A DNA stretch of 64,000 nt from Camelus ferus (taxonomy: Eukaryota), in assembly GCF_009834535.1 (NCBI RefSeq), contig NC_045698.1, positions 4,528,001 to 4,592,000 of the forward strand, written 5' to 3'. Below, piece by piece: positions 1 through 11,857 of this stretch. Below the pieces are notes generated by a model. It had not been told where the DNA came from and did no database searches. It saw only the letters and a program-made list of their open reading frames with translations. The position numbers were made by a program, and so were the translations under genes. Within the stretch, counting starts at the first letter, position 1, and every line of letters starts with the position of its first letter.

Positions 1-1404
1 GGGCACGGTGGCTCTTTGCCAGTGACTTGGGTTTCCTGTAGGCATTAAGCCTGCTGGCTCGAATGGTCCGAGAAACCACATGGGAATGACACGGGAGGGT
101 GAGAAGCCTGGAGCTCTGGGTGCCACTCTGCAGGCAGAGAGGAGGACATGTGGCTAGCTCTGGGGACTTTTGTTCTTCTTGGTTATCCGATTTCCTTCAT
201 GGTGCTTACAGGACACTTTCTTTTTTTCTTAAAATTCAGAAAGTGCCCCACAGATACTCTGTGGTTTGCTCATTTGTTCATTTTGCCTGATTCTCTCTGA
301 GCCTTTCCAATAAGCAACTGCAGGTCTTCGGCCCAAGAAAGCAAATCAAATCAAGCAGACCTCACTCATCGGGTCTGTTCTGAATGTATTAGGTGTCAAG
401 GCTTAAAATACATGTCAGCATATTGGGTGAGGGCAAGGCAGTGTGTGAGAAGGGCTTCTGAATGTGTGTGCCTGTCATGACCAAGCCTGGGCCCGAGCCT
501 GGGTCGTGATGGCAAGGTGTCCATCCAGCAGGTGTGCCCTGGATCCTTCACCCTGATAAACTGCCAGGGTCCACCGCCATCCTTGAGTTGCTCTTGACCC
601 CCCAGAGTCCATGTGAGAGCTCGGATGAAAGCCATGCCCAGAAGCCCCCCTGCCTGACCCCATGCTGGTTCCTAATTGGCCCAAGTCAAAGGAAAATATT
701 TCCGACCACAGCTGCATGGATTTCCAAGAAACAGACGTAAAGCTAAAGGGAATAACCCAAAGGGAGAAAGATAATCCAAAAGATGCCAAGCAAGAACAGA
801 GCACTGCCCTCTGGAAGCCATGTTGCTTCTGGACGTCCGGCTGCAGAGGACCTCGGCCAGCAGGTCCTCGGAGTTAGGGTGCCTGGTCCCCGAGGGCATG
901 CTCAGCCTCTGGGGAAGGAGAGGACGGGAAGGAAGATCTTAGCTCCCTCCTTAAGAGGTGGCCTTGACCGAGACAGCTTGTTCTCCTCCTGACCTCAGTG
1001 GTCTTATGTCCAGGCCTGTAGACATTGGGGCCACAGCTGTCCCTTCCAAGGGCAGAGATCAGAAAACAACAGAATGGACCATGTCAGCCTTTCGAAGGCC
1101 CTGTTTCCAGCCCTTGCCCTTTCCCTGACATTCACTTAAGACCAAAGAGAGCCCGATCTTCCCTCCACGACGTCTGGGAACATTTTCCCCAGACTCTCCC
1201 GGGGCGCGTGCAGGAACTGGAGCAGAAGTCAGTACGACTGTCCTTCCCATTTGGTAACTGAGGACACAGGTACACACAGTCCCCGCCACCCACACCACCC
1301 ACTGGGAGCCCCAGACGGCAGCGGCTGCCCACAGTCCAAGTGCCCAGGCCTCTGAGAAAGTCAAAGTGATGTTTCCAGAATAGAATTCCTACTTTAACCT
1401 AGAC

Positions 1405-3481
1405 CAAGGGCTGCAAACTTTTTGGAAAGGGCCCGGTGGTGCCCATGTTAAGTTTTGGAGCCAAAGGACAGAATAAGTTACATTGTGTAAGTATTTACAA
1501 CAAAAGAGAAAGCAATTTTTCACAGAAATTGTATTGACAAAATTCAAAGTATGGTACCTTATTGTAGTTCTTATAATACAGGTATAATAGGAATGTAATT
1601 TTTTTTTTTAGGGTACCTTCTCATCAAAAGCTGTTGTGTCTACCTCTTAGTGTTGATCTGCAAGGAAGTTTTATCTTTAAAAATCTCTTCACACGTGCAG
1701 GGACTGCCAAATATAGATCCCAGTCCACAAGTTTATGGTTTTAATTTCACATAATCCTGCCTTGAAAGGCTTTTATGGAATTCTGTTGCGTTCTGCCTTT
1801 GGCATTTGCCTTTCAGAATGTCATGACGTCGTAGATTAATGTCTCTCAATTGAAAACTAGATGGCAGCTCCTCAATTACACAATTAAGTGGCTTTTGAAA
1901 TATTGAAACCAAGGTTTAAAAAAACACTGGTGGAACTGTAGCCTGAGCTTAGAAATTTGTCTACAGCAAACTAACGTGAGAATGGAGATCTTGCTGCTTT
2001 TAATTTTAGTAGCATAGAAAGTATATCAATAGCATTTGACATAACTTGTGATTCAAACAGTGTCAGTTGTCGAAATGACTATCACAGTATAAATTTTGCA
2101 TGTAAGTGATTTTTGTCTTACAATTTTAGGTGGATTCACTAAGAAACATTATCAAGTCTGCAACAAAAGCTGATTTCCAATGCCCTTTAAAACTCAATAA
2201 CAGTGGTTGAGGACAGTTTTTCTCAGTGAGAAAATTTGGCTTGAGCTCAAAATAGTGGTCAAGTCCACAGAGGGAATGTCAAATTCACTGTTCGCACTGT
2301 TGGTTCAGACACGCACAATATAATTTTTTTTTTTTTGCAAAGTACCTGCTGGTATAGGAAATAGCTTTAAACACCTTACATTTTCACAAGCTTTGTAAAT
2401 TTGTAATTTGTCTGTGTCTGTTGCACACATTTTTTACCACCACAAGTTATAACAGCTTAGCAGATGCCACTGTAGATTGTACTGAAGTAGTGTTTCCTCA
2501 GCTTCTCTGGAAACAGCCTCACCTTTGGTTGTTCCACGCAGACTGTTTAGAAAGCCTGATTCCTCGGTCACTTCAGCCTTAATATTTGATTCCTAGGTTA
2601 GACACCTGAGCAGCAGCAGCAAACCTGGGGACACCAAAAGCCAGGGCTGCCCGCCTCCTCCACCTTCTGCCTGGCTTTTTAACTGACTATCAGCATCATT
2701 CCTGTCGCCCTGACTCCTCCAGCAAGTGTTTTCGATGAAAGGCTAACCGTGTTAAACAAGTTTATGTTTCCTGGACGTTTCTTTAGCTGCCGCAATTAAT
2801 TAACTCACCGCAGGTGTATGGTTTCCCTTGCTTGGCTGACAAAATGAGCTGCTTCGTAGCTTCCTGTGGTTGTAGCCTTGTTTTCATTTCTTTTGCAAAG
2901 AAATTCAGTAATGGGGTTGTGTTTCAGATTCTCTAATTTTTTGTTTCCTATGAGCTGAGGACGCCACGACGACGGCTCAGTCTGCTAGCGCGGATCTCAG
3001 TTAACAGTCTTCTTCTGGTGCAGCTGGTGTCACGCGTCCCAAAGGATGCTTTGTCATCTGATGCAGTGGCAAAATAGCCCGCACTCCGCCATACCTTCAG
3101 AGCATGGAGCATGCCCTCTACCTGTTCTGACGTGATGGGTGTGCGCTGAGCACCTGTGGCCCAGTGATACGCAGGGCACTCAGACCACTGCATCACGGTG
3201 ATGGGCAGTGCCCCGAGCAGCAGTGCAAAGAGATGCAATTGCCAGCCCGCGGGCTCTGTCAGACAGCGTGTAAACAGGGGACCGTGCCCATGTTTCAGTA
3301 CCGCTTTATTGATGGATGCTGAAACTTGAATTTCATGTAATTTTCATGTGTCTTGAAATATTCTTTTGATTCCCCCCGCCTCTCCATTTAAAAATATAAA
3401 AACCTTTCTTAGCTATCACAGGCTATACCGAAACAGGTGGTAGCCTGGATTTGGCCCCAGGACTGTGTTTGCTGACACCTA
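1405..3481 (-). mobile_element. Cheshire-like hAT-Charlie DNA transposon fossil (MER58-type termini, decayed transposase)
   Basis: The ends resemble MER58 (caagggctgcaaacttttt... and ...ggatttggccccaggactgtgtttgctgacacct). Minus-strand fragments translate to Charlie transposase motifs: AKQGKPYTCGELI (~2800-2838), NLFNTVSLSSKT (~2725-2762), WKSAFVADLIMFL (~2140-2180) and FGSPCTCEEIF (~1680-1712). There is a degenerate 8-bp TSD, acctagac (1397-1404) / atccagat (3482-3489). Confidence 0.85.
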
Positions 3482-4849
3482 ATCCAGATGTATGTTGATA
3501 TCGCGGGCATAACATTAGTGACGGATGAGGAGCATCCGAGAAAGCCAGACAAGAGGGAGGTTTGGGTTTCACCTTTACGAGGTGCCAGCCAGTGTTTACC
3601 AGCTCACAATTCAGCCCTGAGCTTGAAACCAGGTTGGGAGAAAGCCATCAAGTGTCTGCCGCAGCTGCAGGAGGTTTCCTCAGAGTTGCTGCTTCCACAT
3701 TTCATGCATCTGTAACTTAGGAATTTGTGACATCTAGCGTTGAAGCTTTCCTTCAATCTTTTTAGTAAGAGCTATTTTTCATATTTCAAGCTTCTGATTT
3801 TTCCTCCCCTGACCCTTCCTGTGAGCCTGCGTTGAAGTCAGCATGGGTTCCCTTCAGGTCATCAGTCCCAGTCTCTTAGGAACTGAGCATTCTGCATTTT
3901 AACAGGCATCTTTCTAAACCACGCCCAGCGCCTGCATCCTCGACAAGTCTTATTTCCTGAGCTTTTTTCCCTGTATTTCTTCAAACTTGGAATTCTAACA
4001 CTTTCTCAGTTCGGTCCTGCAATTTGCCACCCAGAAAAGTCCTTGAGACCATAACTCCCTGAAAGTTTTCTCTCAGCTTTCTCCCCACACTGTCCCCTTT
4101 CTACTTTCCCATGGCTAGAGAATCCGTAAGCTGCTCACTGTTGGTGCGTCTCCAGTCTGCCTTCAGGGGCAGGGTGAGAACCGTCTTGTCTTCTGCCATT
4201 GACTGTTTCTTCCGAGTCTAACACAAGGCCCTCTGCCCTGGCTGAGAAACAGGGAGGGGCAGAAAGTCACCATGACAGCAGTGCCTGATCACAGCGCTTC
4301 CAATCTCTGCCTGTTTCTAAGGGAGCCTGTGCTGGTCCAAGACTCGCCCTTGTACCCCAATCAAGACCAAAGCCTGGTCTCGCTCGCGGTTTGAGCATGT
4401 GCAGTTAGCCTGCACCCCAGAGGCCAGCCCGCTGCACCCACTGTCTGCTCAGGAGTGAATCATGTTTCCACGATGAAGAGAGAAATGGCTGAGAGTCCCT
4501 GTTCTTTCTGAGGTGCTGGTCAACACTGTAGCTTCCACGCAAATTACCACCTCACTGATGACGTCACAGCCAAATGGATGCTTAACATCCAACTCATGCT
4601 TTGCCCTAAGCTTGTGTATCTCCTTTGGGGGAACGGGGCTGAACAAGCTGAGAACCTTGGGGACTGCTTTTCAGTCACATGCGTGTTCTCCCAAGATGCT
4701 GAGTGAGACTGCTGCGGGGAGAGTGCCTTGAGGACGCACAGCCAACGCTATCGTGCTGTTACTATTACTGCTAACGATCAATTATGTTTTTGCCCTGGAG
4801 TAGCTGGCCGAAATGGAAGCAAGTAATAACTTTTTACATGTTTTCCCTG

Positions 4850-5230
4850 TTTTAAGCTGTAATTCTCATAAATAAAGTTCACTCATTAGAAGTCTACGGT
4901 TTGACCGTTTTGATGATTGGATGCAGTTGTGGAGTCACTGCCTCAAGTGAGATACCGAACAGTTGTGTCCCCGTAAACATCCCTCGTGCCTCTTTGCCGT
5001 CAGCCCCTTCTGGCTCTAGTCTTGCCTCTCCTAGAATATCCTACGTCTAAATTCAGCTTCTTTCATTGATAGGATTCAAGTTGTCAGTTTGTTCTTCGGT
5101 CAGTTTTGGTCGCCTGTGTCTTTTAAGGATTTTGTCTGTTTCATTCAGGTTGTTGAGTTTATTGGCATGAAGTTGACACTAGTTTCTTATCCCCTTAAGG
5201 GCTGTAGGATATGTAGTGATGCCCGCTCTT
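4850..5230 (-). mobile_element. Old L1 (L1M-type) fragments
   Basis: Resembles an ancient L1 3' end (taaagttcactcatt...atccctcgtgcctctttg) followed by a short ORF2-like piece. Boundaries are approximate. Confidence 0.5.
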
Positions 5231-5399
5231 TACGTGTATTACACGTTGAAAGAGAAAATTCAAACACAGAATAAAATTTTGTACCCTGTTTTCTCCATAC
5301 ATTTCTAGTTTCTTGTCCTTATATTTTCTCTCTTTAAACTTTTAGTAACGTGCATCTAAACTAGTGTCATATAACAGAAAAACATGATCTTCTAATTAC

Positions 5400-5560
5400 C
5401 CAGATTTACACTTAAACTCAGCCACTGACCAGCCCTGTGACCTTGAGCAGATTCCTTAGCTACTCTGTCTTAATCTTGTCCTGGGTCAAGTGTGTGTAGC
5501 AGTGTCTCCTGCCCAGGTAGCTGGGGGGCCTTGCTGGTGACGGGCGCCCGGTGAGTGAGA
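5400..5560 (+). mobile_element. MIR SINE fragment
   Basis: MIR core-like sequence gccactgaccagccctgtgaccttgagcagattccttagctactctgt. Confidence 0.55.
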
Positions 5561-5924
5561 GCCACTGCGTTGGCGATGGGCAGTGTGATGGTGTCCCCCA
5601 AATCGCACTGCTCAGACTAGACCTTGTTACTGGTTTTAGGATGGTGGAAGCTTTGAGAGCTTCTTAAAGCCTTCAGCTTACTCCAATTCACATTCTGTAT
5701 AGTTAGAATCCTGAGTTTGTGCACTATGGTGTACGTTACTGAAACACGGTTGATTCTTTAACTAGAAATCCTGCTTTTAACAGATGTGGTAAATCTGTGC
5801 AAGAAGTACTAAGAAAGACTTTTATACAGAAAGCGAGATTAAAAACACAAGGTGCTTAGAATTGCAGGAATTAGATTCTTTACCATTGTTGCTTTGAAAA
5901 CAAAAATGTTTCTTGTTTCCTGAG

Positions 5925-6091
5925 GACCTTGATTTTCTCGCTTCTGATCCGAGGAGGGAAGCCCACGCCGCTCTACTCGTTTGTCCTGGCCTTCGTGTTC
6001 TGCACCTACAACGGCTACCTGCAGAGCCGCTACCTGAGCCAGTACGCCGTGTACTCAGACGACTGGGTCACCGACCCCCGATTCCTAACAG
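5925..6091 (+). CDS. SRD5A1: Steroid 5-alpha-reductase 1, coding exon 2 (167 bp)
   Basis: Translates (R)TLIFSLLIRGGKPTPLYSFVLAFVFCTYNGYLQSRYLSQYAVYSDDWVTDPRFLT(G). Acceptor is tttcctgag| and donor is |gtgaag. Joins exon 3 in frame. Confidence 0.97.
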
Positions 6092-9000
6092 GTGAAGGTC
6101 CTTAGTGATGCCTGCCACCATTCTAATGATAACTTCAATTTTCATGTTCCAATCATTTCTAGTTAGGAAACACACATTTCCGGAGAGAACACAGGGTCTA
6201 AAGGTTGATGACTGACCTGGCCGGGGAGGCGGGAGGGGACAGCAGCGCTGGCTTGGGCGGCAGGGAGTCAGGCTGTCCCGGGGCCGCATCAGCAGCCCGA
6301 GCTGACACAGGTGCTGGCACCCTCGCCCACTCAAGGGCTGGAAGTGCAAATACCTGTTCTTCAGGTGCACCTAAAAATAGCAGCAGGCCCCAGCAGGGTG
6401 GGCAGTGGACTAAAACAGAGGAGGCTCGGGCACTAATCGGCCGTGTAATCTAAGATAGGCATTAAACCTCCTGCAGTTTCTTCTGGAAAATGACAGGGCG
6501 TCAGGTTAGGTCATCTTCCCACAAGGCAATCAGGCTGTTACGGTTAGACTAACTCGAGTGCGCTGTTAGGTTTGTGAAGTTCTCAAAGTGTTTTTATTTT
6601 TATCCATTAGTGTAAATTAATATACATTTTTCAAGTTCTCATTAGAACAAAGTTCTAACCTGAACAAAAATGATCATAAAACATTAGCCATCAAAAATAT
6701 TTGCAAAATACCTCCTAAATTAACATGGTAAATCAACTGCACTTCAGTAAAAAACAAAAGTTAAAAAAAATTTTGCAAGAATGTTGCTAAATACATAATT
6801 TGGGGCATCTTATTTTTAAGGAAAGATCTCCTATAATGTTTACCCTCAGAGCGTCTGGAAATTCTAGCACATTCAGAGAGCACTTGCTCCCGTGGGAGCG
6901 TACTAAGAGTCTGAAATTGGACCATCAGATTTTCAAACTGCCCCACTTCCTTTACCTTAAGCTCCATAAAGTGACCTTCCATTTCATTTGGCTTTTTCCC
7001 CATGTGTATCAATTTGTAGAAGTAGATAAGAGAAAACTAACATTTTGAGAAGTACTTTGTTGTTGACGAAGCCCTTTCACATTTCTCAGTCATACATTTT
7101 CTGTGAATTGAAGCTGTGTTCCCAGGGCAGTGTCCTCGTCATACCTGAGAATTGTCACAACAAGGGGTCTGCCTCCTTATCCATTCAAAGGAAGGATGGA
7201 TGCAAACATTTTCAGGATCCTTCTCCAGCTTCACAAATCTCTGCCTCTGTGAAACACGAGACCAAATTGTTTTGCTTGGACACTGCCCCAAACATCATCT
7301 TGATTTACCAGCTCTTTGACTATCTGATTTTCTTCTGCCCCCGCTATCAGGAGGAGGAGAGGGAACAGGCTCGGCCACCTGCCGGGAGCTGCACACATAC
7401 CTTCTGCCTCCCAAGGTCCAGGAAAGGGCAGAACTTAGATTCTGTTCCCACGAGGAAGGAAAGGTCAGAATGTTAAGCAGCTGGCCCAAGATCTAAATCG
7501 AGTAATAGCAGAGTGATGGTTTACACCAGCTCATCACATGGACCTACAGAAGCAGGCAGTGGGGGACAGAGAAAGGGGGTTGATTTTCAACTAAAAGATA
7601 AAGATTTTAAGTGTTTACTTGAGATTCTCATGGGAATCATTTCTGTGTTTGGATACTTTTTGATGAACGTCAACAAAACCAAAGAGTTCTTTTGGTCTGT
7701 GAGTTTAACTGTCATTCAGCTAGACCATGTTACCTGTAGGTGCCTCTGTGAAGCTGGTGTAAAATTTAAGGCATCAGTAAATTGTACACAGACTTCCTGC
7801 CTCTCTCCCATTGAACAGAAGAAACCGAAAATGAAGAAAAAAGAAAATGCCAATTGAAAAAACAAATGAGGTTACTTTGTTGGGTATTATCTTTATCTCA
7901 TAAAGTTTATAGCTTTTGTAATTACATGAATAATTCTTGAAATCACATAAATAATTCATTATATTTACAGTAGTTACCACTAAAAGCTAAGCAAATAGGC
8001 ATCAAATCCTAACAAGAAGTCTTCCAGAGCAGTAACAGCAGTTAATCTAAAAGAATTTGTACAGAGATGTTAAGATCCCTAACTGTTGAATTAAACGTTT
8101 AGCTCAGATGAGCACAAATATTAATGTCCTTACTAATCTGTGCAACAAAGGAAGCTTGCCTCCTAGAAGAGAAATAAAATAAGCATGAAATGTTGAGAAT
8201 GCGATTTTTTCTGGAACCTCACGCTGGGGGCCAGGTCACCTGGGAGTGGCGTACTGAGACTCAAAGGAGGGAGCGGGTCAGCTATCAATTGATGGGTCCA
8301 GCAAGGGGGTCATAAAACATATCACAAAACAAAACTGGGTACGAACTGTTTAGAGAGTGAGCTGCCGAGGAAAGTCAGAAGTAAGGAACCCCGAAACCCT
8401 CACTGTAACCTGAACGGGATTTACACGTCCCTGTTCTGACCATGGAAAACCGTTTGATGCCACTGGCATAACTGACGAATAATCCATAATGTTACTCCAA
8501 GTGTACGTTTCTGTGATACAGAATCGAATGCCGCCATTACGCGCCATCTGCCTTTCACATTTTTTAAATATCTCAGGACAATCAAATTAACACTGTTTTG
8601 ACATTTTGCCTTTTCTTGTTGGAATTCATTGATATGGTCCTACGAAGTCTCCTCAAGGTGATGAAAAACCTCTGAAGACTTATGAATGGAAGAGAAGATG
8701 TTCAGATGCTATGGGATGTCTAGTAAGAGCCGGACAGCCGGCAGTGGAAGATTTTCTTGGGAGCTGAAATGGACAGACCCAGGAATACCAATGGACGAGT
8801 GAGCAGGAAATCGCGGTGGGGGACGCCATGGATACGCATTAAACTGTTCAGATGAGATGATTGAAGAAGAAGAGAAGAGAACCAGGGATTAGCTCCTTGG
8901 AACCACCCCCCAAGGGGCCTGAAGGCAGCTATGTGCTGGGACTTCACCTCCTTGTCTGCCCAACGGAGAGGCGGCAGGCTTCAGACGCGGTTTTAGGGAA

Positions 9001-9389
9001 GACAGATAAATCCCATGGGCTGACTCACTGGTGATAGTAATGCCTTGTCCTAGAAGAGAGCCTTGGGCCAAAGTCACAAGTCATATTTCTAATCATACTA
9101 ATCATCCTGAAAACACAGACTGTGGCCACCTGGTCAAAGCATTTTGAATATATTAGATCATGTGTTAGTATTATTAGGAGAGCAAAGCGCTATCTAGCAT
9201 GCCTGGAGCAGCGTTATAAATCATCTTTCTGAGCAAAGGACAGTATTTGTCACAATGATTTTTCCTGCCAGTTACGGCTAATGTGTTACACCACTGACGG
9301 TAGTATGAAGGATTCCAGTCCTACTGTTCAGTTTGTGAACCTGGTGGTTTATTTAGCCATAACACTCTTGAGTAATGTATTTTCTTTAG

Positions 9390-9491
9390 GTTTCGTCTTG
9401 TGGTTGGCTGGCCTTCTGATAAACATCCACTCAGATCATGTCCTAAGGAACCTCAGGAAACCAGGGGAGACTGGATATAAAATACCAAGGG
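9390..9491 (+). CDS. SRD5A1: Steroid 5-alpha-reductase 1, coding exon 3 (102 bp)
   Basis: Translates (G)FVLWLAGLLINIHSDHVLRNLRKPGETGYKIPR(G), which includes the conserved NIHSD..LR.LRKPG motif. Acceptor is tttctttag| and donor is |gtatgt. Confidence 0.98.
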
Positions 9492-11151
9492 GTATGTACG
9501 GAAAATGAGGAATTTATCCTCAAACTGCACTGAATGCCTTGCTGTTTCAGTTTTGCCAGCTCTCATAGCTGAAGTATTTATTTATTGCACATTTTCAGTG
9601 AGAATCACTATTATTAGTAGCAATGACTAGGATTATTGTTTTATTAAAATGATAAGCAATTCTGACTAACTGAATGGTTATTAAGCAAAAAGGAAACTCT
9701 AGTTATATCTGTATTTGGAAAGAAAGTGTGAGTAGGAATTTACAGTTTACAAGGGGTGTCCAGTGCTTCATTTGTGGCAGGATACTTTGACCCTCCCCCT
9801 GAAAACAGTTAAAAATATGGGGTGAAATTTTTAAATGCATCAGAATGGTGTCAGGAAAGGGAGTTATCATTAGAGGGCAAAGTCTTAAGTGAGTGTGAGA
9901 GCCCGGCGTGCCCTCGGGAGAGCCTGGAGCCACTCTCGGACCCTCACACTGGTTTGTAGCCCAAATCTGTGCTGCTCGCCTGGTCTGAAACACGTCCGGA
10001 CATGAATTATGCTCCACGTGGTCCTGGGGGTGGTGCGCTCCCACCTGCGGCCAGTGACAGCCCAGGTCCCCAGGGAACCTGCCCTCAACGCAGGCCGAGA
10101 GCCCAGCGGGCCACACACCACAGAGTAAGGGCCACAGTCCAAAGTTGGGGACCCACGAGGAAACGGCACCGTGAACGAGAGCGAGTGCAGATCTTAGCGT
10201 TCATAGAAACAGGTTATACGGTGAATACTCCGATGGTTAAAAAAGCTAAGAGGAATTGAACTTATGAGTAAAGGAGTAACGTGCGAAAAAGAGAACTAAG
10301 TGGATGTAAGCTGGAAAACAATGGGGCGTCTAAAAATTTAAAAAAAATTCAGTGGGTAAAATTAAAACTGGAGGGGAAGTGGGAGGGTGCAGGAGCGCTG
10401 AGTTTGGAATCCTTCCGCTTAACCTCCTGGAGACCACGCAGGAATAACAGCTACAGATGACCAGAACCCTGTCAACCTCACGTGACTTCAGTCGTGGTTA
10501 CCCTCGGAGTGTGTGGCTCTGCTCTCCAGCCCGACCACTGCCCGCGCCCCGACCTCCCTCCTGCCCAGCCCGACTTCCCCTCCCGGCCTGCCCTCCTCTG
10601 GCCTTGAGTCCTCTGCACCCTCCCTGGGGTGTAATGGCCCAGATGTGGGGGAGGGGTCTCGCCCACGGTGCACCCCACGTGCTTAGAGCAGGGTCTGCCC
10701 CATAATGTAGATTTGATGAATCTGAAGCCTTGATGAGTGAATGAATGAGTGAGTCTGTCCTTGGAAATTAGTATTGTCTTCAGTTTTTGCCTAGGGGCCC
10801 ATGTAGGTCCATTTTACCAAACTAGTTCATTGACTTGTTCCATGTTCCCTGTCCTCACTTAGGTTTTGTCAGCTGGGCCCATTAACTAGTGAAGTGATAC
10901 ATTAGAATGTGTTAAAGCCATGGCAGCTGGTAGTCAGATGAGCAGGTAGGTGTTGACACAGGCACATCGCTGTGATATGAAATAGTGAAACTGGTCACGT
11001 TGGGTGTGTTTCATTGATGGAAATTCTGTGAAGGTTGTATTTTCCCATAGTCAACTTTCATGTTCTCCGAGTATTACCGGTGTCTCTGAAGTCAGGGTTT
11101 TGTTCGGCATCGTTCTGTGGTAAACGCCCTGCTGTCTCTGTTTTCTCCTAG

Positions 11152-11302
11152 GCGGCTTGTTTGAGTACATCTCTGCAGCCAACTACTTCGGGGAGGTGGT
11201 GGAGTGGTGCGGCTACGCGCTGGCGTCCTGGTCCATCCAGGGCTGGGCGTTCGCCCTCTTCACGTTCTGCACCCTGGTCACCAGGGCTCAGCAGCATCAC
11301 CA
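11152..11302 (+). CDS. SRD5A1: Steroid 5-alpha-reductase 1, coding exon 4 (151 bp)
   Basis: Translates (G)GLFEYISAANYFGEVVEWCGYALASWSIQGWAFALFTFCTLVTRAQQHH(Q). Acceptor is ttttctcctag| and donor is |gtacgt. Confidence 0.98.
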
Positions 11303-11694
11303 GTACGTTTTAAAACACTTCTAGCATTTTCCATCTGTCCTCTGACGTCAGTATACCAATTTTCAGGTTAGAGTTTGGACGCGTTATTGCCTTATCCCAG
11401 TTTATACCAAGTTTTAGCTAAATGAGTCCAAAACCAATCGCTGGGCCACAGGCAGAGGCAGAGAGGACCTTGAGGTCCTCAGTTTTCTCCTCTGCTGGAC
11501 GGCTTCCCCAAATCTCAGGCTGTTTTTCTGTGAATCATTTTTCTCAGAACCAGAAAGATTCATACACAAAACAAGCTTGACTGATATAATACTAAGCTAT
11601 TACCGCTGTAGACTAAAAATATCTAACAAAGTCCTAGAAAATGAATAAAACCAAACTAGATTCATGTAAGGGCAGTGATGACAACAGCCAGCTG

Positions 11695-11857
11695 TCTCCT
11701 CCCTCCCCCTCCTGCCCACTCTGCCTCCTCTCCTCCCCCTCCCTCCACCTCTTCCTCCCCCTCCCCTTCCCCTCCCTCCCCCTCCCCTTCCTCCCCTCCC
11801 CCTCCCTCTCCCCTTCCTCTCCTCCCCCCCTCCCCTTCCTCCCTCCCCCCTCCCCCC
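11695..11857. repeat. Polypyrimidine (CCCCT/CCT)n low-complexity tract
   Basis: About 160 bp of almost pure C/T in intron 4. It accounts for several Pro/Ser- and Gly/Arg-rich spurious ORFs. Confidence 0.95.

Noticed and set aside
5913..6095. Track ORF MFPEDLDFLAS... over exon 2
   Set aside because: It is in the wrong reading frame. The real exon is read in another frame from 5926 (ACC TTG ATT).
6540..8600. AT-rich intron 2 stretch with ORFs of up to 143 aa; possible retrocopy or DNA transposon
   Set aside because: I found no recognisable protein similarity, poly(A) tail, terminal inverted repeats or TSD, so I left it uncalled.
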